The translations under genes were made by a program, and so were the position numbers. Below, piece after piece: positions 31,308-41,560 of a stretch of 64,000 nt of DNA; position 1 is the first letter of the stretch, and each line of letters begins with the position of its first letter. Origin of the DNA: Candidatus Marinacidobacterium sp. (GTDB lineage Bacteria; Acidobacteriota; Vicinamibacteria; Marinacidobacterales; Marinacidobacteraceae); assembly GCA_965220965.1 (NCBI GenBank), contig OZ244852.1, positions 1,120,001 to 1,184,000 of the forward strand. Reading direction: 5' to 3'. The notes beneath the pieces were generated by a model, which saw only the letters and a program-made list of their open reading frames with translations, was not told where the DNA came from and searched no databases.

Positions 31308-32177
31308 ATGCGAACCGAACTGACGCCCCGGCAATTCGCGGGGGCCATCGGGGTCAGCGAGTCCTCGGTCAAGCGGTGGATCGACGCCGGCCGGATCACC
31401 GCGATGCGCACTCCCGGCGGGCACCGGCGGCTCAGCGTGGCCGAGGCCTTCCGCTACGTCCGGGAGGCGGGGTTGCCCCTCGTCCGGCCGGAGGAGGCGG
31501 GGCTGCCGGATCTCGCCGCCTACGTCGGCGACGGGAACGGGGGGACGCTCTTCGAGTTCCTGACTTCGGGGCGGGCGGCCGAGGCCGCCGGGCTGCTGGA
31601 GGCCCGTCTTCTGGCCGGAGCGAGCGTCGCCGAGCTGATCGACGGACCGCTGGTGGAGGCGATGTCCCGCGCCGGGGAGCTGTGGCTCGGGAAGCCGGAG
31701 GGCATCGTCGCCGAGCACCGGGCCACCGAGACCGCGGTTCAGGCGCTCAGCCGGATCCGGGCGCTCCTGCCCCCGCCGCCGGGCGCGCCGGTGGCGCTCG
31801 GCTGCGCTCCGGCGGGAGACCCGTACCTGCTGCCGACGCTCTCCGCCGCCACCGTCCTCCAGGAGGAGGGATACCGGGCGGTCAATCTGGGGGCCGACAT
31901 GCCGCTCGGCGCGGTCGAACCGGGTCTGGACGCGCTGCGGCCGCGTCTCGTCTGGGTCAGTTGCAGTACAGTACCCACCGACTCCCGATTGCGCCGGGAG
32001 ATCCTGAATCTGTCGAGACGAGTTGAGTTGGCGGGCGCGGCGCTCGTCGTCGGCGGCGCCCAGGCGCGCCGGCTTGAACTGAATCGCGAGAAGAGCCTGT
32101 ATCTGGGGGCCTCCATGTCGGAACTGCGAGCCGTCGCGCGCGGCCTTCTGCACAGCGCGGCGGCGGCGCGGAATTGA
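31308..32177 (+). CDS. MerR/excisionase-HTH + cobalamin-binding regulator (CarH/LitR-like)
   Basis: From ATG 31308: LTPRQFAGAIGVSESSVKRWID..RTPGGHRR; W-x9-EH motif (WLGKPEGIVAEH); Rossmann part GYRAVNLGADMP. Confidence 0.8.
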   Translation: MRTELTPRQFAGAIGVSESSVKRWIDAGRITAMRTPGGHRRLSVAEAFRYVREAGLPLVRPEEAGLPDLAAYVGDGNGGTLFEFLTSGRAAEAAGLLEARLLAGASVAELIDGPLVEAMSRAGELWLGKPEGIVAEHRATETAVQALSRIRALLPPPPGAPVALGCAPAGDPYLLPTLSAATVLQEEGYRAVNLGADMPLGAVEPGLDALRPRLVWVSCSTVPTDSRLRREILNLSRRVELAGAALVVGGAQARRLELNREKSLYLGASMSELRAVARGLLHSAAAARN

Positions 32178-33112
32178 TGACGCGACGCAACCCGCTGCGG
32201 GTCGTCGCAGTCTGGCTGGACAGTTGGTCCTACCGGCCGGTGACCGGCGAACGCGCGATGCGCGTGGAGTGGCTGCGCGTCGCGCCCTTCATCGCGGTCC
32301 ACCTCGCGTGCCTCGGGCCCATCTGGGTGGGGTGGAGCTGGAGCGCGGTCGGCGTCGCGCTCGGCCTCTACTGGCTGCGGGTCTTCTTCGTGACGGCCTT
32401 CTACCACCGCTACTTCTCGCATCGCACCTTCCAGACCTCGCGCCCGATGCAGTTCGCGTTCGCGCTGGCGGGCGCCACCGCGGTCCAGCGGGGCCCGCTC
32501 TGGTGGGCGGCGCACCACCGGCTGCACCACCGCCACTCCGACGCCCCGGAGGATGTCCACTCCCCGCACCAGCACGGCTTCTGGTGGAGCCACATGGGCT
32601 GGATCACCGCCCCCGCCAACTTCCCGACCCGGCTCGACCAGGTGCCGGACCTCGCGCGCTACCCGGAGCTTCGCTGGCTGGACCGGTTCGACACCGTCGT
32701 GCCGCTGGTCCTGGCGGCCTCGCTCTACGGGCTCGGCGCGTTCCTCGCCGGCGTCGGCGTGAACACCAGCGGCCCCCAGATGCTCGTCTGGGGCTTTTTC
32801 ATCTCGACGGTCGCGCTCTTCCACGCCACCTCGCTGATCAACTCGGCGGCGCATCAGATGGGAAAGCGCCGCTACGCCACCCGCGACGACAGCCGGAACA
32901 GCCTGGTGCTGGCGCTGATCACGATGGGCGAGGGCTGGCACAACAACCACCACCGCTACCCGGCCGCCGCCCGGCAGGGCTTCTTCTGGTGGGAGATCGA
33001 CCTGACCTACTACTTCCTGGTCGTCCTCTCGTGGTTCGGGATCGTCCGGGAACTGCACCCGGTCCCGGCCCGCGTCAAGCTGGCTGACGCGGAAGCGCCG
33101 GCCGGGGGCTGA
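32174..33112 (+). CDS. Acyl-CoA (delta-9-type) fatty acid desaturase
   Basis: His boxes YHRYFSH, HHRLHHRHSD, GEGWHNNHH. Confidence 0.92.
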   Translation: MMTRRNPLRVVAVWLDSWSYRPVTGERAMRVEWLRVAPFIAVHLACLGPIWVGWSWSAVGVALGLYWLRVFFVTAFYHRYFSHRTFQTSRPMQFAFALAGATAVQRGPLWWAAHHRLHHRHSDAPEDVHSPHQHGFWWSHMGWITAPANFPTRLDQVPDLARYPELRWLDRFDTVVPLVLAASLYGLGAFLAGVGVNTSGPQMLVWGFFISTVALFHATSLINSAAHQMGKRRYATRDDSRNSLVLALITMGEGWHNNHHRYPAAARQGFFWWEIDLTYYFLVVLSWFGIVRELHPVPARVKLADAEAPAGG

Positions 33113-33136
33113 CCGGACGGCGGGTAAGCCGCCGGT

Positions 33137-34585
33137 TCAGTGCCCGGCGGTGGTCGGGACCGCGAGGATCGAGGCGCTCGTGCGGAGCATCATGTGGATC
33201 GCCGGGTCCGGGCGGAAGAACGACCCGGTGCGGCCCCGGTCGTAGCCGATCACGACGAGGTCGCCGGGCTTGGTGAGCCGGCCCACCTGCCTCGGCGGGT
33301 TCCCCTCGGAACGAACCACCGGAACCCGGGTGCGGTAGAGCCCCGCCATCCGTTCGATCGCGGCGAGCGCCGTCCCGAGCTCGCCCTTGTCGGAGACCTC
33401 CCCGCCGATGAAGTGCGGCGGCGTCACCGCCAGCACCGCGAGCGGGATCCCGAACTGCTGCGCCAGCCCGATCGCGGTGTCGAACGCCCGCAGCGTCGGG
33501 CCCAGGTCGGTCACCGGGACGACGAGCCGCTCCCACGGGAACGTGCCTCCCGGAAGGAGCGCCGGACAGGAGAACTGCGCCATCGTCGCGAGGAAGCCGG
33601 GGGTGTTCCACCCGATCCGCGCCGCGAACGAAGCCTCCCCCCGCTCCAGGATCACGCAGCCGGCGTCCGGGCGCACCGCCGCCGTCGGCTCGCTCCCCGG
33701 CGCCGCCCGCGCCAGCCGATCCGGAGGAACCCCGAAGTCGGGCGGCGGTCCGATCTCTTCGGGCGCGACGATCCGGAAGCGGCGCGCCCGCGAGGTGCGG
33801 AACAGGTAGTCCGCCTCCCGCCAGGCCACCTCGGGCAGCGGCCGCTCCGCGTAGACCACGATGTGGCTGCCGAACTGGAGCGGGAACAGGGACTTACCCT
33901 CCCGCAGGAACTCGGCGGCGCCGGGCGCCACATCGGGTTCGCCGGTGATCAGCAGCCGGTCGCCGACCTCGATGACCGCATCGCCGTGCGGCACGACGAA
34001 CCGGCCAGCCCGGTAGATCCCGGCGATGATCCAGTTGCGGGCGCCCAGGTCCTTCAGGCGGACATTCACGGCCGGGGAGGTGGGCAGGACCTGGATCTCC
34101 CGGATCTCCCCCTGGCCGAGGCCGAGCGAAGTGGCGACCTGGTGGGAGCGCTCGATCCGGTTCCGGATCTGGCTCGCCACCATGGACGGCCGGGACACCC
34201 CTTCGGCGCCGGTGGCGCGCATCTTCGGGATCCGCCGGCTGTCGCGGAGCGTGCCGATCCGGGCGGGCGCGGGAGCGAGCTCCGCGGCCACCCGGCAGAC
34301 CTCGATGTTCACCTCGTCGCGATCGGTGGTCGCGACCACCCATTCGGCCCCGGACCCGGCGGCGCCCGTGAGCGCGAGCCGGCTCGCGCCATCGGCGCAG
34401 CGACTTTGAACCGCCTCGCCCAGGTCTTCATGAAGCCGGCTCAGCTTCTCCGGGTCGGTGTCGAGAACGGTGACCCGCCAGTCGCTCGCCAGATGGCGCG
34501 CCAGCGCCCGCCCGGTCTGGCCCGCGCCGACGATCACGACGCCCGGCCGGGCGTCGACGGACGGCGCTCCCGCGCCTTCAGCCAC
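33137..34585 (-). CDS. TrkA-like NAD-binding RCK protein with a C-terminal USP-like domain
   Basis: IVGAGQTG; ATTDRDEVNIEVC; TrkA-C IAGIYRAG..VPHGDAVIEVGDRL; C-terminal LVVPVTD..EGNP..DLVVIG..SILAVP. Confidence 0.72.
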   Translation of the reverse strand: MAEGAGAPSVDARPGVVIVGAGQTGRALARHLASDWRVTVLDTDPEKLSRLHEDLGEAVQSRCADGASRLALTGAAGSGAEWVVATTDRDEVNIEVCRVAAELAPAPARIGTLRDSRRIPKMRATGAEGVSRPSMVASQIRNRIERSHQVATSLGLGQGEIREIQVLPTSPAVNVRLKDLGARNWIIAGIYRAGRFVVPHGDAVIEVGDRLLITGEPDVAPGAAEFLREGKSLFPLQFGSHIVVYAERPLPEVAWREADYLFRTSRARRFRIVAPEEIGPPPDFGVPPDRLARAAPGSEPTAAVRPDAGCVILERGEASFAARIGWNTPGFLATMAQFSCPALLPGGTFPWERLVVPVTDLGPTLRAFDTAIGLAQQFGIPLAVLAVTPPHFIGGEVSDKGELGTALAAIERMAGLYRTRVPVVRSEGNPPRQVGRLTKPGDLVVIGYDRGRTGSFFRPDPAIHMMLRTSASILAVPTTAGH

Positions 34586-34657
34586 GGCGGAGGTCTCCGG
34601 AGCGCCGGCGGAAGCGGAGCCAGGCGCTCTGCGCCGCCGGCCGCTCCGTGGGGATAC

Positions 34658-35425
34658 CTACTCGGACTGCGGGGTGGCGATGATCCGCGACACCGGCGTG
34701 CCCGCCGGGGTGAACGGGGCCTTGTCGAGGTGGGTGATCGGCTGCGTCGTGTCGGCCCCGTCCGCCTTGTCGGCGAAGTCATCGCCGGCGGCGGTGCCGG
34801 CGTCGAAGGCCGCGGCCTCGAACGCGATCTCGTCGAGCCAGGCGCCGTCCTCGTCGGTGGCGCACACGTGCGAGAAGCCGACGAACCAGTCCGGGCTGGG
34901 AGCGATCGCCTGCGCGAAGGTGAAGCACGGGTTGTCGCTGCTCACCTCGATCGACGGGTTCCCCGACGTGAGCAGGGCGGTGATCTGGTCTTCGTGGTTC
35001 GCCTGGATCGTGAAGCCGCGCCCGGTCGCCTCGGCGACCACGTCGGCGGACTCGCCGGTCTCGGCCAGGACCTTCATCGCCGCGGAGGCGGTGGCCCCCA
35101 TCTCCCACAGCGTCTCCCCTCTCGGGTGCGCGATGAACGCCACCGGCGGCGCGGTGGTGACGCCGTCGGGGTAGGGCGTGGCGCCGAACAGCGCCTGGAA
35201 GAGCGGGTTGCCGGAAATCAGCGCTTCGTACTGGATGGTGTAGACGCGCGTCTCCGGCTCCGGGTCAGGCTCGGGTTCCGGCGTCGGCGTCGGCGTCGGG
35301 GTGGGCGCCGGCGTGGGCGCCGGGGCCGCCGAGCCCCCGTCGTCGCCACACGCGGCCAGCGTCAGGGCGGCGGCCAGCAGGACCCCCAGCGAAAGCGCGA
35401 AGCCGAAATTGCGATTCCTGAGCAT
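34658..35425 (-). CDS. Spondin_N-domain lipoprotein with Pro/Thr linker
   Basis: Lipobox LAAC; (PT)n/(PE)n linker; IAPSPDWFVG and FDAGT spondin motifs. Confidence 0.8.
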   Translation of the reverse strand: MLRNRNFGFALSLGVLLAAALTLAACGDDGGSAAPAPTPAPTPTPTPTPEPEPDPEPETRVYTIQYEALISGNPLFQALFGATPYPDGVTTAPPVAFIAHPRGETLWEMGATASAAMKVLAETGESADVVAEATGRGFTIQANHEDQITALLTSGNPSIEVSSDNPCFTFAQAIAPSPDWFVGFSHVCATDEDGAWLDEIAFEAAAFDAGTAAGDDFADKADGADTTQPITHLDKAPFTPAGTPVSRIIATPQSE

Positions 35426-35568
35426 GCGGGCGGCCCTCCTTCTTCGGGCGATGCAGGTTGGGGAACAGTACCAGCCGCCGCCGCTCGCCGGACCCGCGAG
35501 GCGGGCTCGGGAACCCGCCCCGACGACCGGTTCCGATCAGGACGGGGGCGAACCGGCACAATCCCGGA

Positions 35569-37488
35569 ATGCCTCCCCTCCGCGCGATTCTCCCGGGCCG
35601 ACGCGCCGCGCTCGCCGGCGCGCTCTGCCTGCTGGCGTGGCAGACCGCGGCCTGTCGTGGTCCCGAGCCGACGCCGCCTTCCGGCGACGCCGTCCCGCTC
35701 ACGCTCGAGAACATCTTCCGCGACGAGCGGGGCGGCGTCCTGGCCGCCGCGCTCTCCCCCGACGGGCGCTGGGTCGCGATGACCGCCCGGGGGCGCGACG
35801 GCCAGGGGATCCACCTCCTCGATCTCGCCGAGACGCCGCCGGTCCCCCGCTTCTGGCTGGCGGGGGCCGGCCCCGTCTGGTCCCCTGACGGGAGTTCGGT
35901 GGCCTTCCTCCGGGAGGGCGACCTCTGGAGCGCTCCGCGGGGCGACCCGGAGGCGGCGCGGCTCACCGACGGGCTCTCCGGCGTCCGGGCGCCCGCGTGG
36001 TCACCGGATGGGGCAACGCTCGCGGTGATGTCGGACCAGAGCGGCAGCCAGGATGTCTGGCTCGTTCCCGCGGACGGCGGGGATCCCCTCCAGCTCACCT
36101 CCGGGGCGATGAGCGGAGACGAGGTCCGGTTCGGCGTCTCCTGGGCGCCGGACGGCGGCCGGATCGCCTTCATCTCGAATCGCGCCGGCCTCGCCGCCGA
36201 CGACGTGTGGCTGGTGGACGTCGCCACCGGCGAGGAGCGCCGCCTCACCCGGACGATCCGCGCCCTCTCCGAGGTTCCGGTCTGGTCTCCCGACGGCAGC
36301 CGGATCGCGGTCCTCGCGGTGAAGAACGACGAGTACTGGTACCTCGACATCGCCGACATCTACCTGCTGGACCCGGACGGCGGCCCGGAAGAGCCGCTCC
36401 CGATGTCGACCTTCACCACCGGCTACCGGTTCCGCCCGTTCTGGTCCGCGGACGGCGCCCACCTCGTCTTCGCCCACCAGGAACGCGGGGAGCACCACCT
36501 CTGGTCCGTCCCGGCGACCGGCGGCGCGGCCACCCGGATCAGCCATCTCGGAGGGGTCTTCTCGAGCCTCACCGCCGACGCCGGCGCGGATCGCTTCGCC
36601 TTCGTCCGTTCCGCCCCCGGCGAGGGCCCGGATCTCTACACCCTGACCGCCGGGGGAGGTCCAGCCCGGCGTCTCACGCGCTTCGCTCCCCACTGGGAGG
36701 GCGTGACGCCGCCGCAGGAAATCTCCTACCGCAGCTTCGACGGCCACTACATCCAGGGCTACCTGTTTCTGCCGGATGAAGTCGGGGAGGGCGCGGTCTG
36801 TCCGGCGCTCGTCCAGGTGCACGGCGGCGGCACGAACTCGTATCTCGACGGGCCCAACCTGATCGAGCAGTACCTGGCTTCGCGGGGGTTCGTCGTCCTC
36901 GCGATCAACTACCGGGGCGGCTCCGGGTTCGGGCGCGAGTTCCAGGACCTCGGCGACGAGGACTGGCTCAACGGGCAAGCGCTCGACCCCGGCTGGGCCG
37001 CCGACTGGCTGCGGGAGCAGCCGTACGCGAGCGGCCGGGTCGGGATCTACGGCTACAGCTACGGCGGGATGCAGACGATGGCCGCCATCACCCGGACGCC
37101 CGACCGGTTCGACGCCGCCGCCCCGATGGCGGGCATCTACTCGGAGCGGCGCACCTTCGAACACCAGGACCGTCTGGGCCGGATCTTCACGATCGACGGG
37201 CACGGCGGCCTGCCGGAGGAGCGCCCGGAGATCTACGACAAGACCGAGACGCTCGACCGGATCGGGAACATCACCGCGCCGGTGCTGATCCAGCACGGAG
37301 AGCTCGATGTGCGCGCCCCGTTCCTGAACTTCGAGCTGGCGGTGGCCGAGTTCGAGCGCCACGGCGTCGAGTACGAGGCCCACACCTACCCCGAGCGGCA
37401 CGGGTTCCGGGACCCGGAGAACCGGATCGCGCTCTACCGCCGGGTGGAGGAGTTCTTCAGCCGCGAACTGGGGGCCTGCAGCCGCTGA
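35569..37488 (+). CDS. S9 family peptidase with PD40/TolB-like propeller
   Basis: Repeated WSPDG; VQVHGGG; GYSYGG nucleophile; HGELDVR; RHGF. Start at ATG 35569 assumed. Confidence 0.88.
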   Translation: MPPLRAILPGRRAALAGALCLLAWQTAACRGPEPTPPSGDAVPLTLENIFRDERGGVLAAALSPDGRWVAMTARGRDGQGIHLLDLAETPPVPRFWLAGAGPVWSPDGSSVAFLREGDLWSAPRGDPEAARLTDGLSGVRAPAWSPDGATLAVMSDQSGSQDVWLVPADGGDPLQLTSGAMSGDEVRFGVSWAPDGGRIAFISNRAGLAADDVWLVDVATGEERRLTRTIRALSEVPVWSPDGSRIAVLAVKNDEYWYLDIADIYLLDPDGGPEEPLPMSTFTTGYRFRPFWSADGAHLVFAHQERGEHHLWSVPATGGAATRISHLGGVFSSLTADAGADRFAFVRSAPGEGPDLYTLTAGGGPARRLTRFAPHWEGVTPPQEISYRSFDGHYIQGYLFLPDEVGEGAVCPALVQVHGGGTNSYLDGPNLIEQYLASRGFVVLAINYRGGSGFGREFQDLGDEDWLNGQALDPGWAADWLREQPYASGRVGIYGYSYGGMQTMAAITRTPDRFDAAAPMAGIYSERRTFEHQDRLGRIFTIDGHGGLPEERPEIYDKTETLDRIGNITAPVLIQHGELDVRAPFLNFELAVAEFERHGVEYEAHTYPERHGFRDPENRIALYRRVEEFFSRELGACSR

Positions 37489-37564
37489 GCGCTCCGCGTC
37501 AGGGCGGACAGGCCGGAAAGTACGATTCCGGGAAGGCGCGTCAGCGCCGGGAGGACCCATCCCC

Positions 37565-38965
37565 TTGACCGAACCTGTCAGGATCGAGCGCGACACGCTC
37601 GGCGAAGTCGAAGTCCCGGCGGCGCGCCTCTACGGCGCCCAGACCGAGCGTTCCCGGCGCAACTTCCGGATCTCGGGCGAGCGGATGCCGGTCGAGCTCA
37701 TCCGCGCCCTGGCGCTCGTCAAGAAGGCGGCCGCGCTGGTGAACCGGGACCTTGACGCCGGGTTCGAGCCCACCTCGGACGCCATCGCCGTCGCCGCCGA
37801 CGAGGTTCTCGCCGGGGAGCATCCGGAAGAGTTCCCGCTGATCGTCTGGCAGACGGGGAGCGGCACCCAGTCCAACATGAACATGAACGAGGTGCTCGCG
37901 AACCGCGCCAGCGAGATCCTCGGGGGAGAGCGGGGGCAGGGGCGTCTGGTCCACCCGAACGACCACGTGAACCGGGGCCAGTCCTCGAACGACGTGTTCC
38001 CGACCGCCATGCACGTGGCGGCGGTGCTGGCGCTCGAGGAGCGCGTGCTTCCCTCGGTCCGGGCGCTCGCGGCGGCGTTCCGGGAGCGCTCGGAGGCCTT
38101 CGCCACGGTCGTCAAGATCGGGCGAACCCACCTCCAGGACGCGACGCCGCTGACGCTCGGGCAGGAGTTCTCGGGGTACGCCGCGCAGCTCGAGAACGGA
38201 TGCGCCCGGGTCGAGGCGGTCCTGCCGCATGTGCGCGAGCTGGCGCTCGGCGGCACCGCGGTGGGCACCGGGCTGAACGCCCACCCCGAGATGGGCGAGC
38301 GCGCCGCCCGCTGGCTCTCCCGCCTGACCGGGGCGGAGTTCGTGACCGCCCCGAACAAGTTCGAGGCGCTCGCGGCGAAGGACGCGCTGGTCGCCGCCCA
38401 CGGCGCGCTGAAGACCGTCGCGGTCTCGCTTCACAAGATCGCGAACGACATCCGCTGGCTCGCCTCCGGACCCCGCTCCGGGATCGGCGAGATCGTCATC
38501 CCGGCGAACGAGCCGGGAAGCTCGATCATGCCCGGCAAGGTCAACCCGACGCAGTGCGAGGCGCTGCTGATGGCCACCGCGCAGGTCCTGGGCAACGACG
38601 TGGCGATCGCGCTCGGCGGCGCGGGCGGCAACTTCGAGCTCAACGTGATGAAGCCGCTCATCATCCACAACTTCCTCGGGAGCGCCCGCCTGATCGCCGA
38701 CGGCTGCGACTCCTTCCGCGAGCGCTGCGTCGCCGGGATCGAACCGAACCACGAGCGGCTCGACGAGAACCTGAAGCGCTCGCTGATGCTCGTGACCGCG
38801 CTGAACCCCCACATCGGCTACGACAACGCCGCGCGGATCGCCAAGAAGGCCTACGCCGACGGAACGTCGCTCCGGGAAGCCGCCATCGCCCTCGACCTCC
38901 TCACCGGGGAGCAGTTCGACGCATGGGTCCGCCCGGAGACGATGACCGGCCCACGAGACGAGTGA
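37565..38965 (+). CDS. fumC: Class II fumarate hydratase
   Basis: [12 protein letters not shown]; HPNDHVN; [10 protein letters not shown]; [15 protein letters not shown]. Confidence 0.95.
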   Translation: MTEPVRIERDTLGEVEVPAARLYGAQTERSRRNFRISGERMPVELIRALALVKKAAALVNRDLDAGFEPTSDAIAVAADEVLAGEHPEEFPLIVWQTGSGTQSNMNMNEVLANRASEILGGERGQGRLVHPNDHVNRGQSSNDVFPTAMHVAAVLALEERVLPSVRALAAAFRERSEAFATVVKIGRTHLQDATPLTLGQEFSGYAAQLENGCARVEAVLPHVRELALGGTAVGTGLNAHPEMGERAARWLSRLTGAEFVTAPNKFEALAAKDALVAAHGALKTVAVSLHKIANDIRWLASGPRSGIGEIVIPANEPGSSIMPGKVNPTQCEALLMATAQVLGNDVAIALGGAGGNFELNVMKPLIIHNFLGSARLIADGCDSFRERCVAGIEPNHERLDENLKRSLMLVTALNPHIGYDNAARIAKKAYADGTSLREAAIALDLLTGEQFDAWVRPETMTGPRDE

Positions 38966-38998
38966 CCCCCCGGCCCCGACCGCCGGCGGTCTGAGAAG

Positions 38999-39967
38999 TC
39001 AGTCCGGACCGCGGAGCGCGCGGGTCAGGGCGGGGAGGATCTCCTTGACGTCGGCGACGACACCGACATCGGCGGCGCCGAAGATCGGGGCGTCGGGATC
39101 CTTGTTGACCGCCACCACGAAGCGGGATCCGCGCATGCCGACGAGGTGCTGGATCGCGCCGGAGATGCCGCAGGCGACGTAGAGCTTCGGCGAGACGCTC
39201 ACCCCGCTGGATCCGACCTGGCGGTCGTGCGGCAGCCAGCCGGCGTCGGTGACGGCGCGGGAGGCCCCGACCGCGCCCCCGAGCGCCTCGGCCAGCTCCT
39301 CGACGAGGTGCAGGTTCTCCGGGCCTCCCAGCCCGCGTCCGGCGGAGACGACGACATCGGCCGCGGTCAGGTCCACGCCCTCGCTGGCCGCCGAGCGGGT
39401 CTCGAGGAGGCGGGAGTTCGCGGCGTCCGCCGCGAGCGGCGAGGGCCGGACGCTCACCTTGCCGGCGGCGCCGGCGGCGCGCGCCGGAAAGGCGCCGCGC
39501 TCGACGGTCGCCACCGCCGGGCGCCGCGGAAGCTCGATCTCCTGGACGAACTTGCCCTGGAACGCCTGTCGTTCCGCCGCGATTCCGGCGTCGGTCCACC
39601 GCAGGCTCGAGACTCCGGTCGCGGCCGCGCCCCCGAGGCTGGCCGCGATGAGCGGCGCCGCATCCCACCCGGTCGGGCTGTGCGGCAGCAGGATCAGATC
39701 GGCGCCGGTCGCCTCCCGGGCGTGGAGCACCGCCGCGGCGGTCTCGCCGGCGGTGCGTCCGGCGTGAGCCGGTCCCTCGACGAGGAGGACGCTCCCCGCA
39801 TCGAGCGCCTCCGCCGCGCTCTCTTCGGCGGCGGCGTCCGCGGTCGGGATGACCGCATGGACCGCCGACGCGTCCCCGGCGAGCGCGTGCGCCGCCCCGA
39901 GGAGTTCGCCGGTGACTCCTGCGTCCGGTCCCCCGGTGGCGGCGAGGACGAGAACCGGGCGGCTCAC
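38999..39967 (-). CDS. etfA: Electron transfer flavoprotein alpha subunit
   Basis: VVVSAGRG; GASRAVTDAGW; QVGSSG; GISGAIQHLVGM; NKDPDAPIF. Confidence 0.92.
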   Translation of the reverse strand: MSRPVLVLAATGGPDAGVTGELLGAAHALAGDASAVHAVIPTADAAAEESAAEALDAGSVLLVEGPAHAGRTAGETAAAVLHAREATGADLILLPHSPTGWDAAPLIAASLGGAAATGVSSLRWTDAGIAAERQAFQGKFVQEIELPRRPAVATVERGAFPARAAGAAGKVSVRPSPLAADAANSRLLETRSAASEGVDLTAADVVVSAGRGLGGPENLHLVEELAEALGGAVGASRAVTDAGWLPHDRQVGSSGVSVSPKLYVACGISGAIQHLVGMRGSRFVVAVNKDPDAPIFGAADVGVVADVKEILPALTRALRGPD

Positions 39968-40755
39968 GACCCGCCTCCCGGGAGCCCGATCCCGGCCTCG
40001 GCTCGCATCCGGGCGATCAGCTCCGCGGCCACGTCGTCGGCCGAACCCTCGAGGATCTCGGCGGAGGCGGCGCGCTCGGGCTTCCCGAGGGCGAGCGGGC
40101 GAAGCGTGGCTTCGGGCCCGTCGGCGTCCTGGAGTTCCGGGGCCTCGATCCGCTCCACCGGCTTGCGGCGCGACGCCATGATGCCGCGGAGGCTGGCGTA
40201 GCGGGGGGTGTTCGCCCCGGTCTGGACCGCAACCACGGCGGGGAGGTCGAGCTCGACGACCGCGACCCGGTGGTTCTCGAGCTCGCGGTCCACTTCGAGG
40301 CGGCCTTCGCGGAACCGGACCCCGGTGACCGCCGAGGCGTAGGCGTATCCCAGCAGCCCCGCCACCAGCCCGCCGACCTGCCCGTGGCCGCTGTCCTCCG
40401 CCAGTAGGCCGGCGAACACGATGGGGGCGTCCTGCTTCCCGACGACCCCTGCGAGCGCCCGGGCCACCCGGAAGGGGTCGTGGAGCGCCGCCCGGGGGCA
40501 GACCAGATGAACCGCGCGGTCCATCCCCATCGCGAGCGCGGTGCGCACCGCCTGCCCGGCGTCCTCGGGCCCGGCGGTCACCACCACGGCCTCCTCCACG
40601 ACCCCGGCCTCCCGAAGCTGGAGCGCCGCCTCGACGGCGTAGCGGTCGTAGTCGTTCACGCCGTACCCGAGGCTCGATTCGTCGATCCAGGCGCCGGCGG
40701 GCCGGAACGCCGAGTTCCGGTCTGGGACCTGCTTCACCAGCGCGACCGCGTTCAA
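39964..40755 (-). CDS. etfB: Electron transfer flavoprotein beta subunit
   Basis: VKQVPD; NDYDRYAVEAAL; ALAMGMDRA; NTPRYASLRGIM. Confidence 0.92.
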   Translation of the reverse strand: MNAVALVKQVPDRNSAFRPAGAWIDESSLGYGVNDYDRYAVEAALQLREAGVVEEAVVVTAGPEDAGQAVRTALAMGMDRAVHLVCPRAALHDPFRVARALAGVVGKQDAPIVFAGLLAEDSGHGQVGGLVAGLLGYAYASAVTGVRFREGRLEVDRELENHRVAVVELDLPAVVAVQTGANTPRYASLRGIMASRRKPVERIEAPELQDADGPEATLRPLALGKPERAASAEILEGSADDVAAELIARMRAEAGIGLPGGGS

Positions 40756-40808
40756 GCCGGGTTCCTCATGTCGCCGTTATGATCGTCGCCGGACCGTTGG
40801 GGGGCAAG

Positions 40809-41393
40809 ATGCGAAGCGGTTTGGTTGCGGTCGTCGCCATCGTGGGGCTGGCCGCCGGACTGGCCACGCTGGCGCTCCGGGGCAAACCGAGCGCGCTGCG
40901 GCGGCCCGCCGCCGTCGAGCGGCCGGTGCTGCTCGTTCCCGACTTCGTGAACCGCACCGGCGACGGGACTCTCGGCGATCTCGCGCGGGGCCTGACGGAG
41001 GCGGTGCGCGAGCGGCTCGCGGCGCCGGAGAGCATCTTCGTCGTGTCGCCCCGGAGGCTCCGACCGGTGCTGGGGCCGGAGGAGCGCGAGGACGGGCTGG
41101 TGCGGATCGCGGCGCGGCTGGGGGCCGACTACGTGCTCGTGGGCAGCCTGGAGTCCGGCCCGGAGGTTCCGCTCGGCCCGGGCTCGGCCTGGGGGGCGAC
41201 CGGCGCGGCGCCGGCGGACCCCGGGACCGACGACGGCGTCCGCGTCGACGTGCTCCTGGTGCGCGACGCCGACCCCCCGGAAGTGTTCGCCGAGCGGTTC
41301 CCGCTGGGGGAGGACCTCGGGGATGCGGCGGTCCGCGAGCGGACCGTCCGGATCATCGCGGACCGGATCGCCCTGTCCCTCCGAAGTCCTTGA
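40809..41393 (+). CDS. Hypothetical protein with TolB-N/adenylate-cyclase-associated-like domain
   Basis: N-terminal TM; VLLVPDFVNRTGD..LARGLTE..LGADYVLVGSL. Confidence 0.6.
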   Translation: MRSGLVAVVAIVGLAAGLATLALRGKPSALRRPAAVERPVLLVPDFVNRTGDGTLGDLARGLTEAVRERLAAPESIFVVSPRRLRPVLGPEEREDGLVRIAARLGADYVLVGSLESGPEVPLGPGSAWGATGAAPADPGTDDGVRVDVLLVRDADPPEVFAERFPLGEDLGDAAVRERTVRIIADRIALSLRSP

Positions 41394-41468
41394 GATCGGG
41401 CATCGGCCCTTCGGGCCGTGAATCGAAACTTGCGCTGCGCGCCAAGTTCCGATTCGAACGTACGAATT

Positions 41469-41493
41469 GCGGGAGGGGGACACCCCCTCCCGC
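41469..41493. terminator. GC-rich hairpin between convergent genes (possible terminator)
   Basis: GCGGGAGGGGG-ACA-CCCCCTCCCGC, an 11-bp perfect stem with no clear U-tract. Confidence 0.4.
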
Positions 41494-41560
41494 GGCCCCC
41501 ACCGGGAGAACTGGCTCCCCCTAAGGACCCCGAAACAACCGCAACGAGCGCGCCGGGTAT

